Assembly (NCBI GenBank): GCA_963727445.1
Contig: CAVSGI010000020.1
Coordinates: 288,001 to 352,000, forward strand
Direction: 5' to 3'
DNA length: 64,000 nt
From: an uncultured delta proteobacterium
Lineage (GTDB): Bacteria; Myxococcota_A; Polyangia; Polyangiales; B10-G4
Each line of letters starts with the position of its first letter. The stretch's first letter is position 1. Of the stretch, positions 24,681 through 34,084 are shown piece by piece. A model generated the notes under the pieces. The model was not told the origin of the DNA, made no database searches, and saw only the letters and a program-made list of their open reading frames with translations. The translations under genes were made by a program, and so were the position numbers.

Positions 24681-25775
24681 TCAAGGGCTCTGCGCTTCCT
24701 CGTCCTTCATCCGCGCCCATTCGAGGAGCGCGCTCGAGGTGGGCATGCCGATCTCGTCCCGCGCCACGACCTCGCTGGTCGCCAGCTCGAAGCGACCATC
24801 GTTCCAGTCGAGGACCCGGAAGAGGCGGTCGAGGGCGGTGCCGTCGACGCCGGGGAGGCTCACGGTGAGCACGTCGCCCTGATCGATCACCAGGGTGGCG
24901 AGCTTGCGCCCGGAGGTGACGAGGAGATTGCCGGAGCGCCGTTCCTGGCTGATGAAGGACAGGACGCTCGAGAGCGGAACCTGCGCGAGCTCGCCACGCA
25001 GGACGTCGCCGCCCGCGGCGTTGCCGAACTTGCTCTGATGCCGCATCAGCACGCCCCGGACCCGGGCGGTGAGCTCCGCGGGATCGACGGGCTTGGGCAG
25101 ATATTCGTCCACGCCGAGCTGGTATCCGCGCAGGCGCTCTCTGTCCCCACGCAAGGACGTCAGAAAGATGAATGGGACGTTCGCGAGCTTCGGCCGCGCC
25201 CGCACGATGCGCAGGAGCTGCCAGCCGTCCATGCCGGGCATCTGGACATCGCTGAGGATCAGATCCGGGCGGTTTTCGAGCGCCTTGCCCAGGGCGTCGA
25301 GGCCGTTTTCGGCGGTCTCGATGGTGCCGAAGTGCTCGCTCAAGACCCGCACCAGCTGTTCGCGCGACATGCGGTCGTCGTCGACCACCAACAGACGCGC
25401 CTCGGCCGAGCCACTGTCGAGCCCATCGGCGTCGGAGGTCATGTTCAGCGTGTCGAGGAGGAGCTCCTGGATGATCGCGACCGGAACGTCCACCAGCTCG
25501 AGGCCCATCCCACGCGAGCTCGCGTCCTCCTTCACGTAGGCCACGCGCGCGACACAGGGAACGACCGGACCTTCCTCGTCGTCGCCCTCCGCGTCCGGGA
25601 GCTCCAGATCGACGCGGACCACCGCGCCGACCTTCAGCGGCTCGTCGGTCAAGACGAACATCCCGCCCTGCGAGATGTTGGAGGTGTACGCGACGACGAA
25701 GTCGTCGAGGGTGCGATACCGAACCCGAAAGCTCGCCTCGACCCGCGGAGAGGACCGCCGCTCGTCGCCCGTCAC
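24681..25775 (-). CDS. PilZ - receiver (REC) - DUF4388/PATAN-like response regulator
   Basis: PilZ motifs RRSSPR and NISQGG; REC LVVDDD..ILSDVQMPGMDG..FLT..YLPKP; C-terminal LRGELAQVPLSSVLSFISQERRSG..W.DGRF. Confidence 0.88.
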   Translation of the reverse strand: MTGDERRSSPRVEASFRVRYRTLDDFVVAYTSNISQGGMFVLTDEPLKVGAVVRVDLELPDAEGDDEEGPVVPCVARVAYVKEDASSRGMGLELVDVPVAIIQELLLDTLNMTSDADGLDSGSAEARLLVVDDDRMSREQLVRVLSEHFGTIETAENGLDALGKALENRPDLILSDVQMPGMDGWQLLRIVRARPKLANVPFIFLTSLRGDRERLRGYQLGVDEYLPKPVDPAELTARVRGVLMRHQSKFGNAAGGDVLRGELAQVPLSSVLSFISQERRSGNLLVTSGRKLATLVIDQGDVLTVSLPGVDGTALDRLFRVLDWNDGRFELATSEVVARDEIGMPTSSALLEWARMKDEEAQSP

Positions 25776-25851
25776 CGCGACATGCTACCCCACCCGGGGT
25801 CGCCAGGACAGACCTTGACGATCACCCGATCGGCCCGACAGGCTCGCCGCC

Positions 25852-26758
25852 ATGACGCGATGGACGGTCGAGGACGCACCCGATTCTGAGCGGGCGCGTT
25901 TTCGTCATCACCGGTGCCAACTCCGGCATCGGCTTCGAGGCGACGAGGATGTTGGCCGAGCGGGGCGCGACGACGATCCTCGCCGGGCGCAACGACGCCA
26001 AGGTCGCCGACGCGCGCGACCGCATCCAGGCCGCCGTGCCGAACGCGACCCTTCGCACGCAGCGCCTCGACCTGGCTTCCCTCTCCTCGGTGCGAGAGGC
26101 GGCCGCCGCGCTCTCGGCGGACGGAGTCGACGTCCTCATCAACAACGCGGGCGTGATGGCCATCCCCCGCCGTGAGACCGAGGACGGCTTCGAGATGCAG
26201 CTCGGCGTCAATCACCTCGGGCACTTCGCGCTGACGGCGCTCCTGTGGCCGAAGATCCGCGAGCGCGTGGTCACGGTCACCAGCCTCGTGCACCGGGTCG
26301 GGCACATCGACTGGGGCGACCTCATGGGCGAGCGCCGCTATCGCAAGTGGCCGGCCTATTTCCAGAGCAAGCTGGCGAACGTGCTCTTCGCGCTCGAGCT
26401 GTCCCGCAGGGCCGAAGCCGCGGGCTCGAAGGTGCGATCCACGTTCTGTCATCCGGGCTACGCATCGACCAATCTCCAGGGCGTGGGACCCGCGATGGAG
26501 AAGAGCTCTTTCGCGGGTGGAATCATGAGCTTCGGCAACGCGGCCTTCGCTCAGAGCGCCGAGGCCGGCGCCTGGCCGACGGTGATGGCTGCGGTGGCCG
26601 ACATTGCCAGCGGGAGCTTCACGGGGCCGTCCCATCTCGGCTGGAGAGGACGGCCGCGCTTGGTCACGCCTTCGAGCGCCGGCCGGAATCCCGAGACGGC
26701 GAAGCGCCTCTGGTCCGTCTCCGAGGAGCTCACGAAGGTCCGTTTCGACGTGGTGTAG
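25852..26758 (+). CDS. Short-chain dehydrogenase/reductase (retinol-dehydrogenase-like); 1 apparent frameshift near 25884
   Basis: MTRWTVEDAPD|(L)SGRVFVITGANSGIG, NNAGVM, NHLGHFALT, YFQSKLAN, HPGY. Confidence 0.9.
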
Positions 26759-26764
26759 TCGAAG

Positions 26765-28144
26765 TCAGTTGTTCAGCGCGCCGGCCTCGATCCATTCACG
26801 GATCTGGTCGATCTCGGGGTCGGGGAGTGGGGTACGCCCGTTGGGCATCCGGTCGCCGCACAGGTCCACGCCGGCGACCTTCCTCCACAGAAGGCTGCGC
26901 ATCGGATCCCTGGGAATGACCCGGATGTTGCCCGTCCCGCATTCGGCGGCGACGCCTACCAGGTTCGAATAGGCCGTCGGCTTGTCCACGTAGCTCAACA
27001 TTCCAGCTGGGTTCATGCGGGTGTGGCAGGGGGTGCAGTCCATGCTCAGCGTGTCGGTGTAGACCTGGGTGAATGTCGGGCCCGCCACGCAGCCGGTCGA
27101 CACGCGGCACAGCTCGCCCATCGCACACGTGGAGGAGTCGGGGCTGTTCACGCAGCCCGTGCCGGGGAGACAGGTGTCGGTGGTGCAGCTGAAGGTGTCG
27201 TCACAGGCGCTGTCGTCGGGTGTGCTCAGGCAGCCCATCGTGGTGTCGCAAACGTCCGTGGTGCACCCGATGGTGTCGTCGCACAGGCTGTCGTCCGGGC
27301 TGTTCACGCAGGAGCCTGTCACGTCGTCGCATCGATCGGCCGTGCACGCGATCCCGTCGTTGCAGCTCGGCGCCGGGCTCGTCGCGCAGTGCATCGCGAC
27401 GCAGGTCTCCATGCCGTTGCAGAAGCTTCCGTCGTCGCAGTCGGCATTGTCGTCGCAGGGTCGTCCGCCGCAGCCGTCGACCGGGTCGCAAACGTCTCCC
27501 GTGGTGCAGGCGCTGTCGTCCGGGGTGTGCTCGCACGTTCCACCGACGCACCGGTCCATGGTGCACGACACCATGTCGTCGCACTGCTCGTCCATGACGC
27601 ATCCGGCATCCGTGGCGGCATCCGAACCGTCCACCCCCGCGTCACCACCGTCGGGGACGATGACCGCCCCGTCGAGCCGTGACGGCGCGCCGCTCCATGC
27701 GACGAGCTCGTCGGGGCTCACCTCGAGCGGCCGGCAGCCGTCGTTTCCGCAGGTTTCGCCCGTGCCGCAGGTCGCCCCGATACAGCGGCGAAGGAGATCG
27801 ATCCGGAGCTCGAGTGTCTCGCCGGGGATGAAGTTGAAGCGCTGAGTCCGGCTCACCACCGCCGCCCCGCCCACGCTCGCGGTGGCGTTCACCTGGTAGG
27901 GGCCGAGCGAGCCGCCGCGATGAACCAATCCGAGGACGGCGGGCAGATCCACGGCGCCGCGAATGTCCGCGCCGGCCAGCTGCGCCTCGCCTATCGGCGG
28001 CACGACCTCGAAGTCGATCCGGTCGATCTGATCCGGAATCGACAGGTCACTGTCCGCGACGACGAGGACCTCGGTACGCTTCTCCACGCCGCAGGCGCTC
28101 GTGAGGGCGAGGGTCAAAAGGAGCGCTCTGGCCCTCAGTCCCAC
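26765..28144 (-). CDS. Lipoprotein with Cys-rich CDDxxxCTxDxC repeats and a C-terminal single-heme c-type cytochrome domain
   Basis: Lipobox LTSAC from GTG 28144; repeats CDDMVSCTMDRC, CNDGIACTADRC, CDDTIGCTTDVC, CDDTFSCTTDTC; CTPCH at 27023-27037, then RMP and IREWIEAGA. Confidence 0.8.
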   Translation of the reverse strand: MGLRARALLLTLALTSACGVEKRTEVLVVADSDLSIPDQIDRIDFEVVPPIGEAQLAGADIRGAVDLPAVLGLVHRGGSLGPYQVNATASVGGAAVVSRTQRFNFIPGETLELRIDLLRRCIGATCGTGETCGNDGCRPLEVSPDELVAWSGAPSRLDGAVIVPDGGDAGVDGSDAATDAGCVMDEQCDDMVSCTMDRCVGGTCEHTPDDSACTTGDVCDPVDGCGGRPCDDNADCDDGSFCNGMETCVAMHCATSPAPSCNDGIACTADRCDDVTGSCVNSPDDSLCDDTIGCTTDVCDTTMGCLSTPDDSACDDTFSCTTDTCLPGTGCVNSPDSSTCAMGELCRVSTGCVAGPTFTQVYTDTLSMDCTPCHTRMNPAGMLSYVDKPTAYSNLVGVAAECGTGNIRVIPRDPMRSLLWRKVAGVDLCGDRMPNGRTPLPDPEIDQIREWIEAGALNN

Positions 28145-28923
28145 GTCAACACTCCCGGTTGGGTCGTGCCGGCGATCGGCTCCTCGACGCCCCCCGACGC
28201 GGTGGCTGCGATCACCCCGATGAGCACGCCCGCGACCACGACTGCACCGATGCCCGTCCAGAACCACCACTCGCCGAGGATGCTGTCCTCCTCCGGCTCG
28301 GGGGCGGGGGTCGGCGCCACGATCGGCTCGGGCGCGGGCTCGGGGGGCGGGGAAGGCACGTCGAGGGAGATCTCGGCTCGTCCCCCTTCCGGCACCTCGA
28401 CCTCGCCACTCGCCACCACCTCGCGATGCCGCGACGCCGTCACCTCGTTGGTTCCGGGGTCGGCGGAGACCGGGACCCCGAAGAGGGACGTGTCGAGGGG
28501 TGACCCCTTGATCGCCACCACCACGTCGTCGGCGTCTCCCGTGACCCGCACCACCAGCTGGCCGAGGCGTGGCTCAGCGTCCTCGATGATCGACTGGGCG
28601 TCGTCGCGGAGCTCCTCGGGCGCGTCCGGGTCGCGGACGACCTGGCGCATCATCTCGGTGCCTTCCACCAAGCGGCCGCTCTCGATGAGGGCGTTGCCGA
28701 AGTTGAAGGCGATGGGCGGGGCGGGCCTGAGCAGGTAAGCGCGCCGGAACTTCGCGGCGGCCTCCTCGTAGCGCTCTTCCTCGGCGAGCGTGAGACCCTC
28801 GGAGAAGAGCTGACGGGCTTCTGCCGTCCGCGCTTCCTCGTCCTCCTGCGCGGCGCAGGGGACCGAGAGACCGAAGGTGAGGGCGAGGACCACCCACACG
28901 GGAATGAAGAGCCGAGCGAGCAC
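28135..28923 (-). CDS. Secreted TPR plus PEGA-like protein with C-terminal hydrophobic segment
   Basis: Signal peptide; EARQLFSEG..FRRAYLLRPAPPIAFNFG; beta domain; WWFWTGIGAVVVAGVLIGVIA. Confidence 0.8.
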   Translation of the reverse strand: MLARLFIPVWVVLALTFGLSVPCAAQEDEEARTAEARQLFSEGLTLAEEERYEEAAAKFRRAYLLRPAPPIAFNFGNALIESGRLVEGTEMMRQVVRDPDAPEELRDDAQSIIEDAEPRLGQLVVRVTGDADDVVVAIKGSPLDTSLFGVPVSADPGTNEVTASRHREVVASGEVEVPEGGRAEISLDVPSPPPEPAPEPIVAPTPAPEPEEDSILGEWWFWTGIGAVVVAGVLIGVIAATASGGVEEPIAGTTQPGVLTWD

Positions 28924-28960
28924 GTGCTCGCGGATTATAGCGGACTCGGCTCGGCGTTGC

Positions 28961-29623
28961 TCAGAGCACGCACTCGAAGGTGAACCACGAGTAGCTCATG
29001 CAGCCCGGCGGCCCGAGGAAGTCGCTCTCGACACAGGCGCCGTCGCAAAATCCGCAGGTGGATCGACTGGTGCAGTCGAGGCAATCCACCGCATCTGCGC
29101 ACGGATCGCCGGTCGGGGGCGGGGGTGGTGTCCCGCTGTCCGCGGGCGGCGGGGGCGTACCTGCGTCTGCACTGCTGGTGTTGCTGCAGCTCCCCGCCTG
29201 ACAGCTGAGCCCGGTGTCACAGGGCGTCGAGCCGGCGCAGCAGCTCTGGCCGAGCGCACCGCAGGGCGTGGTGGAGCCACCAGCCATCTGACAGCCGTCG
29301 ACGGTGCAGGTGAGCCCCGCGAAACACTGGGGAGCGCTGTCACAGCACGGCTCGCCCGCGGCGCCGCACGCGCCACGGCCGCAGAGGCCGTCGATGCACA
29401 TGAGGTCGCCTTCGCAACGGCCGTCGCAGCAGGGGTTGCCCATGTTCCCGCAATCGCTCGCCGGGGGCGCGGTGGCGTCCGGCGTGCTGCCGCCGTCGTT
29501 GGTCACGTAGGAGCTTCGCCCACCGGTGGTCGAAGGGGGCGGCCCGCCATTGGCGCATCCCGCGAGGGATACCGCCGCGATCAGCAGAACGATACTTCGA
29601 TGCCCGTGGTCCAGAGACTCCAC
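28961..29623 (-). CDS. Cys-rich lipoprotein (CGxxGxxCC repeats)
   Basis: GGAGGAG SD before GTG 29623; lipobox LAGC; CGNMGNPCC, CGAAGEPCC, CGALGQSCC. Confidence 0.75.
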   Translation of the reverse strand: MESLDHGHRSIVLLIAAVSLAGCANGGPPPSTTGGRSSYVTNDGGSTPDATAPPASDCGNMGNPCCDGRCEGDLMCIDGLCGRGACGAAGEPCCDSAPQCFAGLTCTVDGCQMAGGSTTPCGALGQSCCAGSTPCDTGLSCQAGSCSNTSSADAGTPPPPADSGTPPPPPTGDPCADAVDCLDCTSRSTCGFCDGACVESDFLGPPGCMSYSWFTFECVL

Positions 29624-29646
29624 TTCTCCTCCGAGTCCCGGGATGA

Positions 29647-29662
29647 AGCAGGATGCATGCCC
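29647..29662 (-). promoter_or_regulatory. Candidate sigma-54 promoter
   Basis: Minus strand GGGCATGCATCCTGCT: GG-N10-GC spacing, matching GGCAYG-N4-YTGCW, about 25 nt upstream of the SD/GTG at 29623. Confidence 0.45.
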
Positions 29663-29756
29663 ACCACCTTCGGAGGGGTGGCACCGACAACACTCGGGTT
29701 TTCGAGCGGCCGGGGCCTCGAGCACTGGCGGCATCGGACGCCACCTGTAACGTCGT

Positions 29757-31193
29757 CTACTCCTCGACGAGGACCGGGACGGGCTCGGGGCCGCTCTCGG
29801 GCACCCACCGGAGGAACTCGGTACGGAGCTCGTCGCCCATCCACCGGAGCACCAGATGGGTGCGGCTCGCGCTGTCGTTTTCGTCCGGGGAGTCGCTGCC
29901 CCAGTTGCCGAGGTTCACGTAGGTGGCGGTCTCGCTCACGTCGAGGAGCGTCGGCCGGTGAGTGTGCCCCATCACCACGAAGCGCGCCGGGAGGATCTCG
30001 GCGATGCGCCGAGCGGCGGCGCGCATCCGCCGCGCCGGGTCGAGGTCCGCGAGGCGCTGCCGCCCCGTGATGAGGACGAAGAGCAGGACCGCGAGGAAGA
30101 GCAGCCCGACCGAGCCGAGCCCCCAATGCCACGGCAGCATGAAGAGCAGGGCGAGGCTCGAGAGCAAGACGATCGGGAAGAGCGCGACGCGGTCCAGGAA
30201 CATGCTGCGCAGGACCGAGAAGCCACCCCGGGTCACGGGCGTCGGCCACAGGGCGGCGAGGGCGCGCAGGACGTCGATGCCCATGCGCTGCGATTCGGCG
30301 AGCGCCTCCATCCGGCGCTCGTGCTCCTCACGGAGCGCCACGGCGGCCGCGCCGAGGTGCGCGCGCCAGCGGGCGAGGGCCCGGCCGGTGGCGGAGAGGT
30401 AGCGGTAGCCGAGCCCGAGAGCGCCGCGGATCCCGAAAGACCAGCCGAGGCGCAGGTAGTCGACGAAGCCCATCCCCTCGTGTCCGTGCGAGGGGAGACC
30501 CGGGGTCGGCCGAACCACCCACCGGAGCAGCACGTCCGAGAAGGAGGGCGAGATGCGCTCCGGGTCGAGGGGCGAGACCGGGTTCAAGAGGTGGTGGTAG
30601 CTGCACATGGCGTCGAACTGGTGTCCGTGCTCGACGTAGATCAGCCCCTCCTCGTAGTAGAACCAGGGGCAGACCTCGATGCGGGCGGCGATCTCCGCCG
30701 GGTCGACGCCCTCGGGGGCGCGCCGGCTGACCGCCTCCACGAAGGCCTCCCGCGCCGCTTCCCAATGGAGCTCCACGTCGTGGTTGCCGCGGACGATCAC
30801 CAACGAATGGCCGTCGCCCACGAAGGCGGCGAGGCGGTCGAAGACCGTGGAGTGGCGCTCGGCGACGGCGCGCATCTTCGCGGCCGCGTGGGCCGCGCTG
30901 CTGCCGAGCCCGTAGCGCTGCTCTTCCGGGTTGAGGGAGAGGCCGGTGTCGGGTCCGGGCGCGATGCTCATCCCGACGAGGTCGACCAGGTCACCGGCGA
31001 TGACCAGGCGCCACGGGCGCTCCGGGTCAGCGTTTGCCCGGTAGTGCTCGAGCATCGCCGTCAGATCGCGGTCGACCTTGGCGAGCTGTCTCAGGCGCTC
31101 CGCGGTCCACGGCCGCACGTGTTGAACGAGGTCTGCTCCGAGATGAACGTCGGAGAAGAGGATGTAGTTGGACCGTCGTGAAGCGGGGCTCAA
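29757..31193 (-). CDS. Metallophosphoesterase with an internal two-TM insertion
   Basis: SDVH, GDLVD, GNHD, EHGH, GHTH, NLGNW; hydrophobic hairpin precedes GHTH. Confidence 0.85.
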   Translation of the reverse strand: MSPASRRSNYILFSDVHLGADLVQHVRPWTAERLRQLAKVDRDLTAMLEHYRANADPERPWRLVIAGDLVDLVGMSIAPGPDTGLSLNPEEQRYGLGSSAAHAAAKMRAVAERHSTVFDRLAAFVGDGHSLVIVRGNHDVELHWEAAREAFVEAVSRRAPEGVDPAEIAARIEVCPWFYYEEGLIYVEHGHQFDAMCSYHHLLNPVSPLDPERISPSFSDVLLRWVVRPTPGLPSHGHEGMGFVDYLRLGWSFGIRGALGLGYRYLSATGRALARWRAHLGAAAVALREEHERRMEALAESQRMGIDVLRALAALWPTPVTRGGFSVLRSMFLDRVALFPIVLLSSLALLFMLPWHWGLGSVGLLFLAVLLFVLITGRQRLADLDPARRMRAAARRIAEILPARFVVMGHTHRPTLLDVSETATYVNLGNWGSDSPDENDSASRTHLVLRWMGDELRTEFLRWVPESGPEPVPVLVEE

Positions 31194-31362
31194 TGGACTC
31201 TCGAAGTAGAAGCAAGCGACGTACCGCGTTGGATTCTCTTCACTATAGGGGTGGTCGCGTGACGGCGCCGCGACATCTCTGTCAGGAGTCCAACATTATT
31301 GGCGCACCCCGCCGTGGTGGTGGCTGGTTTCGAGACGTCGGCCTGTCGTATGGTCGAGGGGG

Positions 31363-33066
31363 GTGGTGGACCAGGCCGCGAAGATGAACGCCCTCGTCGG
31401 CTCGATCATCGACGACCGTTACGAGATTGGGGCGCCGATCGGTGCGGGGGCGATGGGGTACGTCTATCGCGGTCGTCAGCGCGCGCTCGAGCGTGAGGTG
31501 GCGATCAAGGTGCTCAGCGAACGCCACGCCCAGGACCCCGAGCTGGTCGGTCGCTTCAAGCGCGAGGCGCAGGCGGCCTCGGCCATCGGCCATCCGGGCA
31601 TCGTCCAGGTCTTCGACTTCGGTACGCTCTCCGATGGGCGCGCCTATCTGGTGATGGAGCTGGTGGAGGGACGCTCGCTCGGCCGGATCCTCACCGAGGA
31701 ACGGGCCCTCGACGTGTCCCGCGCGGTGAGCCTCGCCATTCGCATCTGCCACATCCTCACGGCGGCACACGGGCGCGGGATCGTTCATCGCGACCTCAAG
31801 CCCGACAACCTGATCGTCATGGATGACGAAAGGGTGCGGCTCATCGATTTCGGGATCGCCAAGCTCCTCGACGTGTCCCTGGTGCTCACGAAGACGAACA
31901 CCATGGTCGGGACGCCGCTCTACATGGCGCCGGAGCAGTGGCAGGGCGAGGGGGTCGATGGTCGCACCGACCTGTATGCGCTCGGCGGGATCCTCTTCGA
32001 GATGATCGCGGGTCGCCCGCCCTTCGAGACCGACCACCTGCACACCATCATCACGAAGCACTTGACGGAGACGCCGCCGACCCTCTCTTCCCTGGTTCCT
32101 AGCGTCCCCCCGGAGCTGTCGGCGCTGGTCGCCTCGTGTCTGGCGAAGGCGAGGAAGGACCGCCCCGCCTCGGCCGAGGCGCTCGCCGGGGGGCTCTCTC
32201 GCGCCATGTCGACGGCGGTCGGATACGCCGCGACCCAGGCCACGCCTCAGCCCTTCGCGGCGCATCCGATCCGCGCGCCGGTCGCGGCGCCCTACGCGCC
32301 CAATCAGGGAGCCCCCGAGCTCCCGGCGGCCGCTCCTACCAACACCCTGGCCCAGACCGAGCTCTACCAGGGGCGGCGCGTGGCGGCGCCGAGCCGGCCG
32401 TCGCGATCGTGGCTTCCGATCGCGCTGGCGGTCGGGGGGATCGGAGCGCTTCTGGTCTCCGCGGGCGTCGTCTATGCGGGCTTGATGTTCCTCTCGCGCG
32501 GGGACACCGAGACGGTGTCGTCTGCGCCCGTCGCGCCCTTTCCCTCACCACCGGAACCTTTGCCGACGTCGGCGCCTTCGCCGGCGCCCGACCCGGAGCC
32601 GGCCGCAGAGCCCGCGCCCGACCCGGAGCCGGCCACGGCAGCGGCACCCGCGCCGGAAGGGGTCACGGCTCCGCACGCGGTCCCATCCGAGGAGCCGTCG
32701 CCGGAGCACCCGCGTGCACCCGCCGAAGCTCGCGATCCCTCGCGCATGACTCACGGGTCCACGGACGATCCGACGCCGGCGCGTGCGAGCCGCTTCTATC
32801 TGGAGACCGACCCGCCCGGCGCCCGTGTCATCGACGACAGCGTACGATTGCCGGGTGCGACGCCGATGTCGATCGAGGTCAGTGAGCCGCGCCACATCAC
32901 GATCGCCCTGAATGGGTACAACTCGGAGGACCTGCGCATCGTGCCGGGTGGACGGGCGCGGGTCCGTCTGACGCCGGAGCACGGCACGGCTCCAGCGCCC
33001 CCTCCGCCTCCGCCGGAGGAGGGGCCGGGGCTCAACATGCGTCTCCGCGGCTGGGATCAGAACTAG
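31363..33066 (+). CDS. Membrane Ser/Thr protein kinase (Hanks type) with extracytoplasmic Pro-rich linker and PEGA-like domain
   Basis: GAGAMG, VAIK, HRDLKPDN, DFG, GTPLYMAPE, TM helix, ETDPPGARV..GATP. Alternative start at ATG 31384. Confidence 0.93.
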   Translation: MVDQAAKMNALVGSIIDDRYEIGAPIGAGAMGYVYRGRQRALEREVAIKVLSERHAQDPELVGRFKREAQAASAIGHPGIVQVFDFGTLSDGRAYLVMELVEGRSLGRILTEERALDVSRAVSLAIRICHILTAAHGRGIVHRDLKPDNLIVMDDERVRLIDFGIAKLLDVSLVLTKTNTMVGTPLYMAPEQWQGEGVDGRTDLYALGGILFEMIAGRPPFETDHLHTIITKHLTETPPTLSSLVPSVPPELSALVASCLAKARKDRPASAEALAGGLSRAMSTAVGYAATQATPQPFAAHPIRAPVAAPYAPNQGAPELPAAAPTNTLAQTELYQGRRVAAPSRPSRSWLPIALAVGGIGALLVSAGVVYAGLMFLSRGDTETVSSAPVAPFPSPPEPLPTSAPSPAPDPEPAAEPAPDPEPATAAAPAPEGVTAPHAVPSEEPSPEHPRAPAEARDPSRMTHGSTDDPTPARASRFYLETDPPGARVIDDSVRLPGATPMSIEVSEPRHITIALNGYNSEDLRIVPGGRARVRLTPEHGTAPAPPPPPPEEGPGLNMRLRGWDQN

Positions 33067-33121
33067 CCCCTGCATGAGTCGGGTTGTCTGTGGCCCCCAA
33101 CGGTTGGTAAAGGAGGGGGCG

Positions 33122-34084
33122 ATGGGGGAGATCTGCAAGGCAATGCTCCTGGCGGCGTTGCTCCTCGCCGCCGCCCGACCCACGTGGGCGCAGGAAGCCG
33201 ATCCGGAGCGCGAGGCGGAGGCGCGTGCGCACTTCGATCGCGGCAGCGCCCTCTACGACCAGGGTCTCTTTCAGGAAGCGGCGGGCGAGTTCGAGGCGGC
33301 CTACGCCATCTCGCCGCGGCCGGTGATCCTCTACAACCTCGGCACCGCGTACGAGGGCGCCCTCGAGATGGACAAGGCCGCCGACGCCTACCAGCGCTAC
33401 GTGGACACATCCGACCCGCCCGACGAGGCGCAGGTGCGCGCGCGCATCGAGCGGCTGAGGCAGCTGGCGGGGAATACGGGAGCGGGAGCGGGAACGGGAA
33501 CGGGAACGGGAGCGGGAGCGGGAGCGGGAACGGGAGCGGGAACGGGAACGGGAGCGGGAGCGGGAGCGGGAGCGGGAGCGGGCACGGGAGCGGGAGCGGG
33601 CACGGGAGCGGGAACGGGCGCGGGCACGGGCACGGGCACGGGAGGGGGCATGGGAGCGAACGGCGGAATGGTGCCGACCTACGCCACGCCCACCAACTCC
33701 GCGCCGCCCGCGACGCAGTCCAGCGGCGGCAGCGGGCTCGGGGTCGCGGCAGCGATCCTCGGGGGCGCGGCGATCATCGCGTCGGGGATCGGGATCGGCG
33801 CCGGCGTCGCCGCGCTCGGCGACAAGCGCACCCTCGACGACAACTGTCCCAGTGGTCGCTGTCCGGTGACCATCGGGGACGAGGCGGCGCAGGACGTGAT
33901 CGATCGCGCCGGCTCCCTCGCCACTCTCTCCACCGTGCTGGGCGTGGCGGGCGCGCTGGCCGGGGCGACCGCGGTGGTGCTCGCGATCATCGCCGCCGCG
34001 AACGGGGGTGACGACCCGCCCGTGGCGTTCGCACCCTGGCTTTCCCCCCGAGGAGGTGGCGTCGCCGCGGGAGGGGTGTTCTGA
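33122..34084 (+). CDS. Secreted TPR protein with (GA/GT)n linker and C-terminal hydrophobic hairpin
   Basis: AAGGAGG SD; signal peptide; EARAHFDRG..FEAAYAISPRPVILYNLG; ends APWLSPRGGGVAAGGVF. Confidence 0.82.
   Translation: MGEICKAMLLAALLLAAARPTWAQEADPEREAEARAHFDRGSALYDQGLFQEAAGEFEAAYAISPRPVILYNLGTAYEGALEMDKAADAYQRYVDTSDPPDEAQVRARIERLRQLAGNTGAGAGTGTGTGAGAGAGTGAGTGTGAGAGAGAGAGTGAGAGTGAGTGAGTGTGTGGGMGANGGMVPTYATPTNSAPPATQSSGGSGLGVAAAILGGAAIIASGIGIGAGVAALGDKRTLDDNCPSGRCPVTIGDEAAQDVIDRAGSLATLSTVLGVAGALAGATAVVLAIIAAANGGDDPPVAFAPWLSPRGGGVAAGGVF
33479..33640 (+). repeat. In-frame hexamer tandem repeat (GGAGCG/GGAACG/GGCACG), 27 units
   Basis: Counted directly; encodes (Gly-Ala/Thr)27. Confidence 0.95.

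Noticed and set aside
33479..33640. Possible CRISPR array (also considered 47564-47847 and 61171-61249)
   Set aside because: No unique spacers of regular length, all lie in frame within genes, and no cas genes are present.
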